DNA from: Williopsis jadinii
Taxonomy: Eukaryota
Reading direction: 5' to 3'
NCBI GenBank assembly: GCA_024346625.1
Contig: AP024665.1
Span: 1,364,001 to 1,428,000 of the forward strand
Length of the DNA stretch: 64,000 bases
Position numbers and translations under genes: made by a program. Below are positions 30,960 through 41,868 of the stretch, in pieces (within the stretch, counting starts at the first letter, position 1; each line of letters starts with the position of its first letter). The notes beneath the pieces were generated by a model. That model was given only the letters and a program-made list of their open reading frames with translations, was not told where the DNA came from and made no database searches.

Positions 30960-33422
30960 AAAGGGGTTCCAATAATAGACAACGAATCTACTTACCATGG
31001 CTTAGCTACATGAATGGTTAAAGTAAAGACCGAAAAACGCAAATGTTACCTTCATAGCAGTGTATATACACAGTTACTAATGATACTTATCCAAGTTAGC
31101 CATTATACATTGTAGCACGCGATGTTACATCGTTATGCCAGGCTCTTAGGTGATTGACGTGATAATTGGACTTTTCCTCTGTTCTATTTACCCGAGTTCC
31201 GAGCTGTGAGGTTGACACAGCTCTCTGTTGGTGTTCTGGTTGAGGTCGCAGACAGGCTATAGCACTATCAACACGAAGCTCCAAGCTGGTTATCCATTGT
31301 GGTGCCAATTCAGTCAATTCCCTATTTACGAATGCCTTTTGAAGCTTGAGCTTAAGCTGGGCTAAAGTGCCATGACCTCCGAGAAGCCTGGCGTTACCGA
31401 TAATCTGTTAAATCAACTACGAGCTGTTCTCGTGAGGAATCCACTAAATACGATCTGTGAAATTTACCAGTGTTCCGCAGCTGAAGAGCTCACAGAGAAG
31501 TCGAGATAAGCTGCCAGCACTATCGGAAGGTAGTGAACAGGTGAAGCCGGCCCTGTTGTGCTAAACAGATGGGCCCAAAACGGCTGAATCGATCTTTTGT
31601 CTGTCTTTCTGTCTATAACTTCCACGTATTGAACTGATAGTCCTCAAGTTACCGGGACTTCCGTGTAACTCATAGGCCAATGCCTTTATCTGATAGGCAT
31701 CAACTTGTATTTGGAGCTATTGGAAGCAGTGTAGATGGTCAATTTGACGTCGTCATGGCTGATTGACACATTGCAGCCAGCTCCGCACAGTGCGACAACG
31801 CCATAGCCACTAGTTTGCAGTTGTGATTACCGTATCTCTCTTGGCTAGGGGGCAGGGGGTCGGTCTACGCCTCGAGGACCCGTGTGACATGTATGAAACG
31901 TACTGTATTCCTGCTTCATGGGCCTAGTGTGCGCAACTTGGGAGAAACGTTCCCTGAACTTACAACCTCCTCCACCTCTAGTTTCCGTTAGCTGTATATG
32001 TACATGTCCAGTTAAGCACCGGCATGGGATCCACAGGTTGGTACTATTGTAGATCTTCCGTCCGTACACCCGGACACTCATTGGTCAATGGCTATACCTG
32101 TTGAGGATCGCAACTGTACTACAAGCATCACAGGCCAGTCCGCCACCAGTGTCCATAGCCTGTGCGGGTCATCATCCTACACAAGCAAAGCACAGCAATT
32201 CGTCAACAAGAGCCCCTGACGGCTTACACATGTACACCTCTGTTCCCATCAGAGACCCGAGCCCGCACATCAGGGCTAAGCAGCGCAGGCTCGGCAGATA
32301 CGTCGCTGGACCAATTGGTCCCTGGCGTACTAAACAAACCAGAGCTTGACGGCGCTCACTTGTTCTCACTTGTTCTCTCGCCAGCCCGGCTTGTGCGCCT
32401 AAGCTCAAATGTGCACACTGTGCCCACACATTCCGTTGACACTGCCATGCGCAGCACTGGTTATCTGGCTAAAACCCCCTCTGGGCTTGTGAAGCCATGT
32501 GCGCATCGCGCCAACCCTCCAACCAATGAGCCGGCAGCTAACGGACAGGCCTTCTCAACGGTTAGCGAGCAAAGTAGACATGTACAAGCAGGTTTCCTCA
32601 GATACCATCTGTGCTCTCAGTAGGCGGATCCATCTCGTCAGCAGACACTACGCAGCACCACATCGGATCCCTAGGCGTGAAATACAACCCAGACACCCAA
32701 ACAGATAAGGACTCCTTTCCGTGCGGAACGCTGATGGGAACTCTATCACCACACACACAAGAAGCGGACAGCAGCTGAGGAGGGGCGTTTCCCTGGTTAA
32801 AGCACTCGAATTTTCGCCTTTGGCGAAAATTAGAGTTCAGAAACAGGTGCGGGTAACGGCCCTCGGGATTATTATCCCTGTGGCGCGTACCGGCCGCGAC
32901 CGACGCATGATTACATAACATCTTACGTTTCCGCACGCCCATTGGCCAGCGCGTGAGCTAAATAAGTCCCACAAACCATGGCAGCGAGGGAATGAGCGAC
33001 AAAAGCGTTTGCACAAGCGCAAGGCTGTTGTGGCCCGTTGTGAATTTTCTAACTTCTTTTGGGCCGAGATCGTTGTCAGCCAGGCAGCTACGGCAACCCG
33101 TTTTAAATACCCAAGGTCCCCTGTTGATTGTGAAGTGCGCTTTTATCAAGAGACACCTTTGAAAGGAGAACAGGGAGGTTTCAAGCTGAGTCTGTTTCCA
33201 CATCTCCACCGTCAGAGCTACCAGTTAACGAGTGCCCACGGCGATTGCGGTTCTCTATATTAGCCGACATATATAATACCCCTCTCCCTAGAGAACAACG
33301 AAGAGGCCAGTGCTGTTGTAAAACGAGTCCTGTGAATCCCTCTCCGATCGTTTTGCTGATTTGACAAAGATACACCTTTCTAGCCACTCCGGTCCTACAC
33401 ACACATCGTGACACAAGCCAGG

Positions 33423-34547
33423 ATGCCAGAGAGCCAGCCTTCAACCAGTTTCATGAACTTCCATTTCGAGAAGAAGCCCGGCGCTGCGTCTCCCCCGTTG
33501 GGCAGTTGCTCCCGTGCCCAGTCGCACGGGGTTGATCCTACAGAGACACCAACCATCGACACCAACGACCCTGACGACATGTACCCACCGGAGTCGTTCC
33601 AGTCGCCTATAGAGTCGCCACCAGAGTCGTCGCTGATATTTGAGAGATCCGTCGAGGACCCGAGCCAGATATACCAGCAGACCACCTGTCCAAGATGCGG
33701 ACACAAGTCGTCGCAAGGTGGGCTAAGCTGCACACACCACAGTATCGTGAACCTACCATCACACTACTCGGTGGAGAACTTTGTCTCTCCGTGCCTGGAC
33801 GCCACCACACAGATCCTGACTGACCAGAACGCCGACTTGGAGAACGTTGATATGGTGTACTCTCGCCGCCCTTCTTCAGTGCTGGGGCTGAACATGGCAC
33901 TTGGCAGATCCAGAAGCTATGTTGGTGAGCTTCCACAGGCAGAAGTTTCGTCGCCGTCAAAGTCTGGTCCAGTAAAGATACATTCAGCTGCCGATCTACA
34001 AGAACTGCCAGAACGTCCGCCAGCTCTGAGCTTTTACTCATATGCTGATATGATTGAGTCCGAGAACCCGAACCCTCGTCGCCCATCGCTGTCGCAGTCG
34101 CTGAGCTCGTCATTCCTGAACTCACGCTCGAACTCCATCGCTGTGGGCAACTCGATAACACCGCAGCGTACACCAATGAACTTGCGCAACCACAGCTTCT
34201 CGTCTCCTTTCAACTTCTCAAAGAGCAGACAGGGAGCCAACGCAAGCTCTACACAGATCTCGAAGAAGTTCACGCTTAATTCAGACAACTCTCCCGGCTC
34301 CTCAGACTCCGAGAGTGATTATGTCCACTCCCGCAAGAATTCTATGAGCTCAAGAGCTTCAAAGTTCTCACACAGATTGAAAAAGACGTTATCAACAGCG
34401 TCGAATCTACAAAGAACTGACACGAGAGCCTCAAACCAAGACGATGTCAATTCGGTCATCAGTGAAGGTGATAGCCTTGTCATAAGCTCCGTGGGCGAGA
34501 CCATAAGAAGAAACACTGGCGAAATTAGATCTGGAGTTGTTGTTTAA
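33423..34547 (+). CDS. VHS2: Vhs2/Mlf3 family Ser-rich protein (pre-WGD single orthologue)
   Basis: ESSLIFERSVEDPS, ENFVSPCLDA, DMVYSRRPS and FYSYADM match Vhs2 blocks. Lies between MKS1 and IMP4. First ATG is at 33423. Confidence 0.82.
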   Translation: MPESQPSTSFMNFHFEKKPGAASPPLGSCSRAQSHGVDPTETPTIDTNDPDDMYPPESFQSPIESPPESSLIFERSVEDPSQIYQQTTCPRCGHKSSQGGLSCTHHSIVNLPSHYSVENFVSPCLDATTQILTDQNADLENVDMVYSRRPSSVLGLNMALGRSRSYVGELPQAEVSSPSKSGPVKIHSAADLQELPERPPALSFYSYADMIESENPNPRRPSLSQSLSSSFLNSRSNSIAVGNSITPQRTPMNLRNHSFSSPFNFSKSRQGANASSTQISKKFTLNSDNSPGSSDSESDYVHSRKNSMSSRASKFSHRLKKTLSTASNLQRTDTRASNQDDVNSVISEGDSLVISSVGETIRRNTGEIRSGVVV

Positions 34548-34860
34548 GCACTCTAATCGGGTGTTCCTTCTTATGCGTAAGAGCTTGGACTTATATCTTT
34601 CTCTCACCTCTTGATACTTCTTACCTCTTTCCTTTCTCCCTTTTACTGTTTTGTTTTGTCTTTTGTTTCCTATCGGTATTATTGGTTATATGGATCTTCA
34701 CTGTCCAATGTGGATTCATGGTTTAGATCAACGGAGTGTAATATGTTGATCTTGATCGGTACATTTCTAGTGTTTATATGGCGAATTATTATTTTTATTA
34801 TTGTTACTACCTTTGAATTCTTGTTGGTGCCTCTAATCATGAACTATATATAGGACTCAA

Positions 34861-35780
34861 TCATTCTGCTAGATAGTCCTTTCTGTTGGCTGTCCGCACA
34901 AATCTTCTTAAGGCCCATTCAACATCAGCATCTTTATTCTCCAAAGTCCCGAGTCTTAACTCGTACAGTCTCATTTCAAACCTTGGTCCAACCTCTGCAA
35001 TTTCAACACCGTCTCTTGTCTTGACGTAAACGTGCTGTCTAACACTGATGAAGTCACCATCGTTACTGAATGTGATGACACGAGGACTGTCCTTCTTGAC
35101 ACCTGGAGGGAACATATGCTTTAGAATCGTTTCAACTCTCTTACCGAGCTTACTGGTGAAGTTTTCAAAGATCAAATGGGGATGGGCTTCACTTTGATTG
35201 CCGGCACCGACAATGTCATGTCTCAAGACAACATTATGAAGCGTAAAGAATGCAGTTGGTCCGTGCGGTAAGTGGGAGATTGTAAGAGACGTTGGTACAC
35301 CTCTGTGTTCATGTACAATGACCAAGTCCGTGGTGCCTGATGATTGGCAGGCAGACACAAGGTTTGGCATGATATAGTTACCTCTGTTTAAGCGCACTGC
35401 TGTTGGAAAGAGTAGCTTGATCTCCTTGGTGAACTGTGCGAGACGGGAAGATGGGTTTCTAGATGTTGTAACGATGATCTTCGGATCAACCAATCCACTG
35501 AGCGCGGAGTACTCATCATCAACACTATCCTGTATCGACTCATCAAAGATGAAGTCCTTCTGAAGCGTCTTATCATCGGCCACCTCTTTTGGAAGTGGTT
35601 TACCAGACGCTAGAGCAGCCTTCAACTGCTGGCGTTTTTGGTGTTGAGAGGCCTCTTGCAGTTCGACTGCCTTGCGGTACAGGTATTCACGTCTTTCACG
35701 AGCTTGTCTTCTGATCTATAAGTGTGAGCTGTTAGTACACATCACCAGCGTTTGATGTCCAATATGATCAAGCTTACCAT
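34861..35780 (-). CDS. IMP4: U3 snoRNP protein Imp4 (Brix domain); exon 1 is the ATG only (35780-35778), exon 2 is 35715-34861
   Basis: Intron 35777-35716 (GTAAGC, TACTAAC, TAG) gives [16 protein letters not shown]. Brix motifs [27 protein letters not shown]. Confidence 0.95.
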
Positions 35781-35860
35781 ATCTACTTCTATACGCGCGT
35801 TGAGAATGCGTTGTTTACCCGTTGCTTCAAGCAGTGAAAGTGTCTTGTTACCTCTCATTA

Positions 35861-35897
35861 GAATTTTTTTCGCCTCGGCTCTGTGCAAGCTCATCGC
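35861..35897 (-). promoter_or_regulatory. RRPE-like tract and PAC (GCGATGAGC) upstream of IMP4
   Basis: Minus-strand GCGATGAGC at 35897-35889 and CGAAAAAAATTC at 35872-35861. Confidence 0.6.
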
Positions 35898-36024
35898 ATC
35901 CCAGCAATTTGCGCGAAAATTACCAGAGAGGTGTTTTTGATAGAGAAAAGGTATTACCCTACTGTGAGTGCATACAATTCCCAGCAGCGATTGAAGATCT
36001 GTGAAAACAATGAAAATAACAAAT

Positions 36025-36106
36025 GGATCTTTGGCCGAGCGGTTTAAGGCGCTCGACTCAAGATCGAGTATCGTAAGATGCATGAGTTCGAATCTCATAG
36101 GATCCA
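36025..36106 (+). tRNA. tRNA-Leu(CAA), intronless
   Basis: GGATCTT/AGGATCC acceptor stem, TGGCCGAGCGG A box, CTCGA-CTCAAGA-TCGAG anticodon arm, long variable arm, GTTCGAATC B box, T-run terminator. Confidence 0.95.
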
Positions 36107-36452
36107 TTATTTTTTTTTGCTTTTCCATTCACACAACGCGTAGGTGTTGGTCACACACAGGGTGACCTTCGTATAACTCTCGATTGAAGAGGGGTTATTT
36201 TTACTCTCAGACCATGATACAATCAATGACCACGCTATGAGACACGTGCTTCTGTATAAGATCATCAATGCTTATGAGTCGAGCCCTGCTCAAGGTGTTT
36301 CATACTCATCTAAGAGCTCTAACTGTGTCGTTTTGGCGCGAGTGCATTAATTTACCCCCAGCGATGGAACTCGGACCCTCATATCTCAACACCAATACTA
36401 CAAGAGTTTTCGTCAAACCACTGAAGAATACTGTTCATACGTGGACAACACC

Positions 36453-37094
36453 ATGATGGAGGATATGGATAAGGAGCTAGATCGCTTGGTGAACCAATTA
36501 AGCACAGTACGTCTTTGTAGATCTCTGTCTTTTGCCTTTCCAGACAGTTTTCACTAACACCCACTGAAGAAAGAACAAATAGATCGAATTCTCAATGCGC
36601 TCACGCTTGACCCGTACTCAATACTCGATCTACCGCATTCGTCCAGTACAGATGCCGTCAAGCAGAAATATAGGGCAATATCAAGACAAATACACCCTGA
36701 TAAGACGAAATTAGAGGGCGCAGCGAAGGCGTTTGACCTGCTGAAGAAATCAGAAAGTATACTCATGGATCCAGAACAGAGGGAGAAACTGGATGACGTT
36801 TACAAGGAAGCTGAGATTCAGAGTCAACAACAGGGGCTCGATATCGATGCTGTGTACAAGGAATTGCTCATCAAGGATGAATTCAAGAAACGAATGCATT
36901 TGAAAAGGGAAATGGAAAGACAAGGCAACGAGGAGAAGCTCAAGGAAGACTCCATCAAGTTTGCGAAGGAGAAGAAAGCTGCTAATGATAAATGGGAAGA
37001 TGAAAGAGACGATAGGGTAAAGAGCTGGCGGGCATACAAGGGTAAGGTGGACAAGAAGAAAACAAAGAAGAAGAAAGTTAAGGTATTGGCGTAA
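36453..37094 (+). CDS. J-domain protein of the Spf31/DNAJC8 family; exons 36453-36506 and 36570-37094 (192 aa)
   Basis: Intron 36507-36569 (GTACGT, CACTAAC, AAG). Product contains EQIDRILNAL...DPYSILDL...IHPDK...AFDLLKK and a C-terminal WEDERDDRVKSWR plus KKKKVKVLA, typical of DNAJC8/Spf31. Confidence 0.85.
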
Positions 37095-37280
37095 CATTAC
37101 CACTACTGGATTGATATTAAATAAGTATCTATGAGTGTCGAGTCAAACCGATATTCGTATTTGTCAATGGTGCACCTGAATTTGAATACCAGTTTGAACA
37201 ATCGGGATAAATCTGTATGGTCTGTGATTTCTTTATGTCATGAACAAGTTGTCAATTAACAAGAGAAAGTAGATAGACGT

Positions 37281-39665
37281 CTATGAAGTTGGCTTCATTT
37301 TCTTCTTGTAATCTGCAAAACTCAACTTCTTAACAGGCTTTGCAGGGAGGATGGATTTCTTTTCTTCAGGAACTTGTGCTTGAACCAAAGGAATTGGCAC
37401 AGGCAAATACTCTGTCTTTTCAATCTCTGGTGGTGATGGTAATGTACGAGGCCTCTTGGTCAAATAGTGGTAAATATATGGCCGAGCAGAAACTTGTGGC
37501 TCACTTGAAGTCTCAGGAGTGGAAATAAGAGGCGTGGCTTCCAATTGAGCCTTTGCTTGTCTGATGTTCGACATCTCCATCTTGGCCAGACGTTCATCAA
37601 TAGACACATATTTGGCTTCAGGTTGAAGAAGTTTGAGGCCGGAAGTTGAATTACCCTTTCTTGTAGAGCGATAAATATGTGCACTGGCCTTCTTCACTTT
37701 GGACAACGCACAATCTGATCCATTGGTTGGACAGGCACATTCTATAAATGTTAAAACTGATTCGACCGACAGAACAAGGCATGGCTTCTCAGTATCGGCA
37801 ATGGAGTCAAACGTATTTCCTTCCAGTATGCTCAATATAGGGTGCATGGAGTCCCAATTCCACGGAAGAGTTAATTCAGTTCCAGCTTTGATAGGCTTGA
37901 CTGCAACAATGAGGAAGTTAAGAGAAGATTCAGTCTGAACTACTCGGAGTTCACAGTTTGGATGACACGAACGACGAATGAAGCGAGCTTCATTACCAGA
38001 ACTTCTTGCATCCACAACGAGTTTGGTGTTTGGTACAAAGGAAACGTAACCCTTTTCAACACCCCATATCCTGTAGTGATTCCGTGAGTCCGATATGTAC
38101 TTCTCTTTCAAGCCAACTTCTCCCAAGTACTCTGATACATAGTCACCTTCTTGGATGTCATTTTCTGTGAAGAAACCCAATTTAACGATCCCGTTAAACT
38201 TCTTATTGTTGACTTCACTGTATGGCTTAACGATGGTTCGTGGGAAGTGGTAATTTTCAAGTTTAGAGCCCTTAATGAAAGCGAATCCGTTATCCTCTTC
38301 GGTCAACAAAGACTGAATATAGCGATACGCATCATTGTCTTGATAATCGTAGTTTTCGAGCTTGTAGTACAATGCATCTGGTAAATCTTTTGCTGGTGGA
38401 GTAGCAATATCAGATTCATCAAGGTTCTTGTTGTAAGCAGTTACAGGCTTAGGCTTTGGTTTTGACGTTTTCTCCTCCTTAGTGCTATCCGATGATTTCT
38501 CAACAATGGAACCAGCATCAGTCGTTTGTTTATTCTTCTTCTTCTTGAGTTCAGCCAGCCGTTTACCCTGTATTGCTCTTGCTCTTTTTTGATCAATCTG
38601 CTTCGGTTCACATTTGTAACAGAGGTACTTCTCAGGCGCGTCATTGATGTCCTCGATACCCATGCAAATAGCATGTTGCCATCTATTACAGTTGTCACAT
38701 TGAATTGTGAACCCATCATCCTCGTCATATCCACATACACAAGTGATGATACCAGCATCGGGATCTACTACCCAGTCCTTAGAAGGCTGAGGTGTAGTAT
38801 TTCTCTTTCGTCTCTTTGGCCTGGAATGGGGTTCTTCTTCCCTTTCAGCTTCTGTTTCGTTGAACTCCTTCTCATCCGCAGTAGTTGCATTTTCATCAAT
38901 ATCCATAGCATCGAGCTTGTTAGGTTCTGATGACTGTTCCTCTGTATCTGTATCTTCACTTTTCTGTTTCGAGGGAACTTCCTTACGAATTTGTGCAGTT
39001 TGTTCCCCTAATGCATCAATGTGATCCTTTGAAAGTTGTTCCTTTACTGTTTCATTGATGGCTTCAGACTCAGTTTCTGATTTTTCCTCGATGGTGGCTC
39101 TTAGTGCACGATCAACAGACCCTGATCTGTTTGCCAGAGGTAAGGGTATACCAGCAGCAGCGGCCAAAGCAGCGGCGGCCACAATCGCCTTTTGAGATTT
39201 ATTAGTTTTGGAGTCTTGCTCAGACAGAGTGGCAATCGCAGGGCCTGGTGATGTTATGTGTCCTCTCCGTACTGTACTGTGAGAAGTCACAGCAGCAGAA
39301 GAAGAAGAAACAAGCACTGGCTGAACCGCAGTTGGTGATGGGGACGTCTTGATCTCAGTATGTGATAACAAGTTCCCCGCTTGTTCAGTATTGGTAGAAG
39401 CAGCAGGAGCAGCAGCGGCAGAAGCAGAGGTTGATGGCATTATAACCACTGAAGGTTGTTCAATAGGGGACGATGTTGAACCTTGTACTGTTGTTCCAGT
39501 GCCCTGTTCCGCAGCTGGCAGTGACTTTTGATGTTGTGCCTCGGAAGGAGACTTGTGAGATTCAACAGCTGCACTGTGAAACATGAGCAGCGTAGACGCG
39601 TCCTCTAGTAGAGAAGCATTGGTTTCAAGCTCTTGTGATTGTGTTCTTTCACCTTCATGAGCCAT
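37281..39665 (-). CDS. SET3: Set3/Set4 PHD-SET chromatin protein
   Basis: PHD finger GIITCVCGYDEDDGFTIQCDNCNRWQHAIC, SET domain DARSSGNEARFIRRSCHPNC, C-terminal KKLSFADYKKK. Adjacent to PAM16 like SET4 (YJL105W). ATG at 39665. Confidence 0.88.
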   Translation of the reverse strand: MAHEGERTQSQELETNASLLEDASTLLMFHSAAVESHKSPSEAQHQKSLPAAEQGTGTTVQGSTSSPIEQPSVVIMPSTSASAAAAPAASTNTEQAGNLLSHTEIKTSPSPTAVQPVLVSSSSAAVTSHSTVRRGHITSPGPAIATLSEQDSKTNKSQKAIVAAAALAAAAGIPLPLANRSGSVDRALRATIEEKSETESEAINETVKEQLSKDHIDALGEQTAQIRKEVPSKQKSEDTDTEEQSSEPNKLDAMDIDENATTADEKEFNETEAEREEEPHSRPKRRKRNTTPQPSKDWVVDPDAGIITCVCGYDEDDGFTIQCDNCNRWQHAICMGIEDINDAPEKYLCYKCEPKQIDQKRARAIQGKRLAELKKKKNKQTTDAGSIVEKSSDSTKEEKTSKPKPKPVTAYNKNLDESDIATPPAKDLPDALYYKLENYDYQDNDAYRYIQSLLTEEDNGFAFIKGSKLENYHFPRTIVKPYSEVNNKKFNGIVKLGFFTENDIQEGDYVSEYLGEVGLKEKYISDSRNHYRIWGVEKGYVSFVPNTKLVVDARSSGNEARFIRRSCHPNCELRVVQTESSLNFLIVAVKPIKAGTELTLPWNWDSMHPILSILEGNTFDSIADTEKPCLVLSVESVLTFIECACPTNGSDCALSKVKKASAHIYRSTRKGNSTSGLKLLQPEAKYVSIDERLAKMEMSNIRQAKAQLEATPLISTPETSSEPQVSARPYIYHYLTKRPRTLPSPPEIEKTEYLPVPIPLVQAQVPEEKKSILPAKPVKKLSFADYKKKMKPTS

Positions 39666-40640
39666 GGTGCAAGGGTATAAAGCGCTCTTCTTAAACACTG
39701 GAAGCGAACAAGACACAAATAAAGCAGACAGGAAAAATACTAACAAACTCTGGTGAAATGATCCACGATTTAAGAGATCAACAATGAAGCAAAGGTTGTG
39801 TGATCCTAAACGACTAATCAACCCACTTATTTCACACAGAAAAGAGAACACACCTGCTTTTTTTGGAGGGGGTCTGACCTTCACTCGCCTGCAATTTTGT
39901 GATGTTGTGTTTATAAATTTCAAACATGCTCGTTTGGTCGTTTGTTCGTTTGGATTGGATTAACCCGAACATTTTCCCCTGTCTCTGTGGTTTCCCGCAT
40001 TTTAGGCGGTACTGTTGTCCGGACAACGTCGTTTATCAAGAAACGAGCGGAAAGGCGAAGGAAAAAGTTAGCGTGCGAGTGAAACGGCGGAAAAGGTGTT
40101 TGACCGCCTTTGTTCCTGGGGAAACTAAACGAGACGTTTTATTGCTGAAGCTCGGCAATTTACCGGTAGTTCACAGGCAATTCATGGTTACTTATTTGGC
40201 TTCCGATTGCTAATGGGAACTGCTAAACATTACAGGCGGGCACTTTGTAGTAGAATTGACCCAAGATCACGGCCTATGATCAGTCGCATGTATGATTTGT
40301 AAAGTGATATTAAACTATTGTTACCCCTGCCCCTCTACAAGAGCGCACAGTAACCAAGAAAGTCTTTCCATAGGGTAAAACCTCCAGCACGAACAATAAC
40401 AACAGCACCTTTCTCAATTCCGACGAAAATTATCGGAACCTGTGTTCGCGTTCCAAATGGGAAGGGCCGCGTTACCCTACCGCTGAGTTTTTTTCCCTTT
40501 CACTCCCAGATCCGATTTTCTTCTTCGATGATGTTCCAGTAGTTTTCTGCGCTAGTTGGAAAGAGTTCATTTTGGTACCAAGTCAAATTTGCACAATCAA
40601 CTCATCTAAACGTTCTTGACCCCCCAAACACAATACAATT

Positions 40641-41113
40641 ATGGTATGTATCTATGCGCTCGATGCCTGAGATTCAGGCGATGTCAACTACTGTCAGTAC
40701 TAACGCCGAGTTCATAGGCTCACAGACTCATAGTTCAAGTGCTATTCACAGGTGCTAAGGTTTTTGGAACTGCGTTCACCACTGCCTACCGTCAGGCCGC
40801 CACACAAACTGCTAAACAGTCTGCTACCCAGGCAAACAGAGCGCGTGACACCGGCATAACATTAGACGAAAGTGCAAAGATTCTGGATGTCGACCTGAAG
40901 AACACCACTTTGGAGCAGGTTGAAGAGAGATATCAAAAGATGTTTGATATCAACTCCAAAGAGAAAGCAGACTCGTTCTACCTACAGTCAAAGATCTACT
41001 GGGCTGCTGAAAGACTAAAAAGTGAATTCAAAGCACAGGAAGCGGAACGAGCCGCTGGCGAAGGAGGAGAAGGGAAAGACGCCGCCAGTTCTGAAGCGCC
41101 GCCTAAACAGTGA
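40641..41113 (+). CDS. PAM16: Mitochondrial import motor J-like subunit Pam16/Tim16; exon 1 is the ATG only (40641-40643), exon 2 is 40718-41113
   Basis: Intron 40644-40717 (GTATGT, TACTAAC, TAG) gives MAHRLIVQVLFTGAKVFG. Also GITLDESAKILDV and SFYLQSKIYWAAERL. Confidence 0.95.
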
Positions 41114-41282
41114 TGTGTGTTGGAAGTTGCCGGCTCGTCAGAGGTCTGAACAACGGCTCGCATCAACAATTCGTGTATATATGCCCGTATAGGAGAAACA
41201 ATAATGCCACAAGAACTACAATGTAGAAAGTTGCTGAACTTCATCACCCATTTGCTTGCAATTTATATACGGAATATGTAAA

Positions 41283-41620
41283 TTATGTACAAAAGAGAAG
41301 AGGAATATCGCGCCATGGTAATGGGACAACTCACTATTGCTGACATATTACACGCCAACCGAGGATGTCAAATCTCTAACCATCTCATAACGCTAATCAA
41401 TCTAAGAAACCGAAACGAAATCTTCCCTGTGACAACCCTGTTAAGAAAGTCAGGAATATGAAGATTTAGCTGATACGTACGAGGAACCGATGTATCCAAT
41501 AACGAACACCAGTACCCGCACTAGGTTTCTAGGAGGATCAATGAAGATCCCCCATAGTGTATATTGTTATATATCTTATTGAGATAGTATAACCACTACT
41601 GATGATGAAGAACTAAAAAT
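41283..41620 (-). ncRNA. SNR37: H/ACA snoRNA, snR37 orthologue (guide for 25S rRNA pseudouridine 2944, S. cerevisiae numbering); ends approximate
   Basis: Minus-strand pocket: CAGCU (41472-41468), upper stem AAAUCUUC/GAAGAUUU, then CGUUUC (41417-41412), complementary to 25S GGAACG-U-G-AGCUG. Lower stem AGAAACC/GGUUUCU, ACA at 41288-41286, upstream TATAAAA at 41673-41667. Position downstream of PAM16 and before GSM1 matches S. cerevisiae. Confidence 0.8.
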
Positions 41621-41868
41621 AACAAGAAAGCGTTTTCGACAGAAAACGAAGGGCGGCGGCGATCCCTTTTATACTTCCGCGCTGAGATGCGAAAAGACAG
41701 AAAATTTTTCCTTCATCTGTTGCTGTAGTTACCCTCCTTTGATCCAAACGTTAGGGCTTGCATATTTCAACCACATCTCTTCTGGTTTACACTTTGGTAA
41801 TGTTTGAGGCTCTTCTCTTGTTGTTTGGGCTATACAGGATATATGTAGATATGTATATAAGCGATGAA

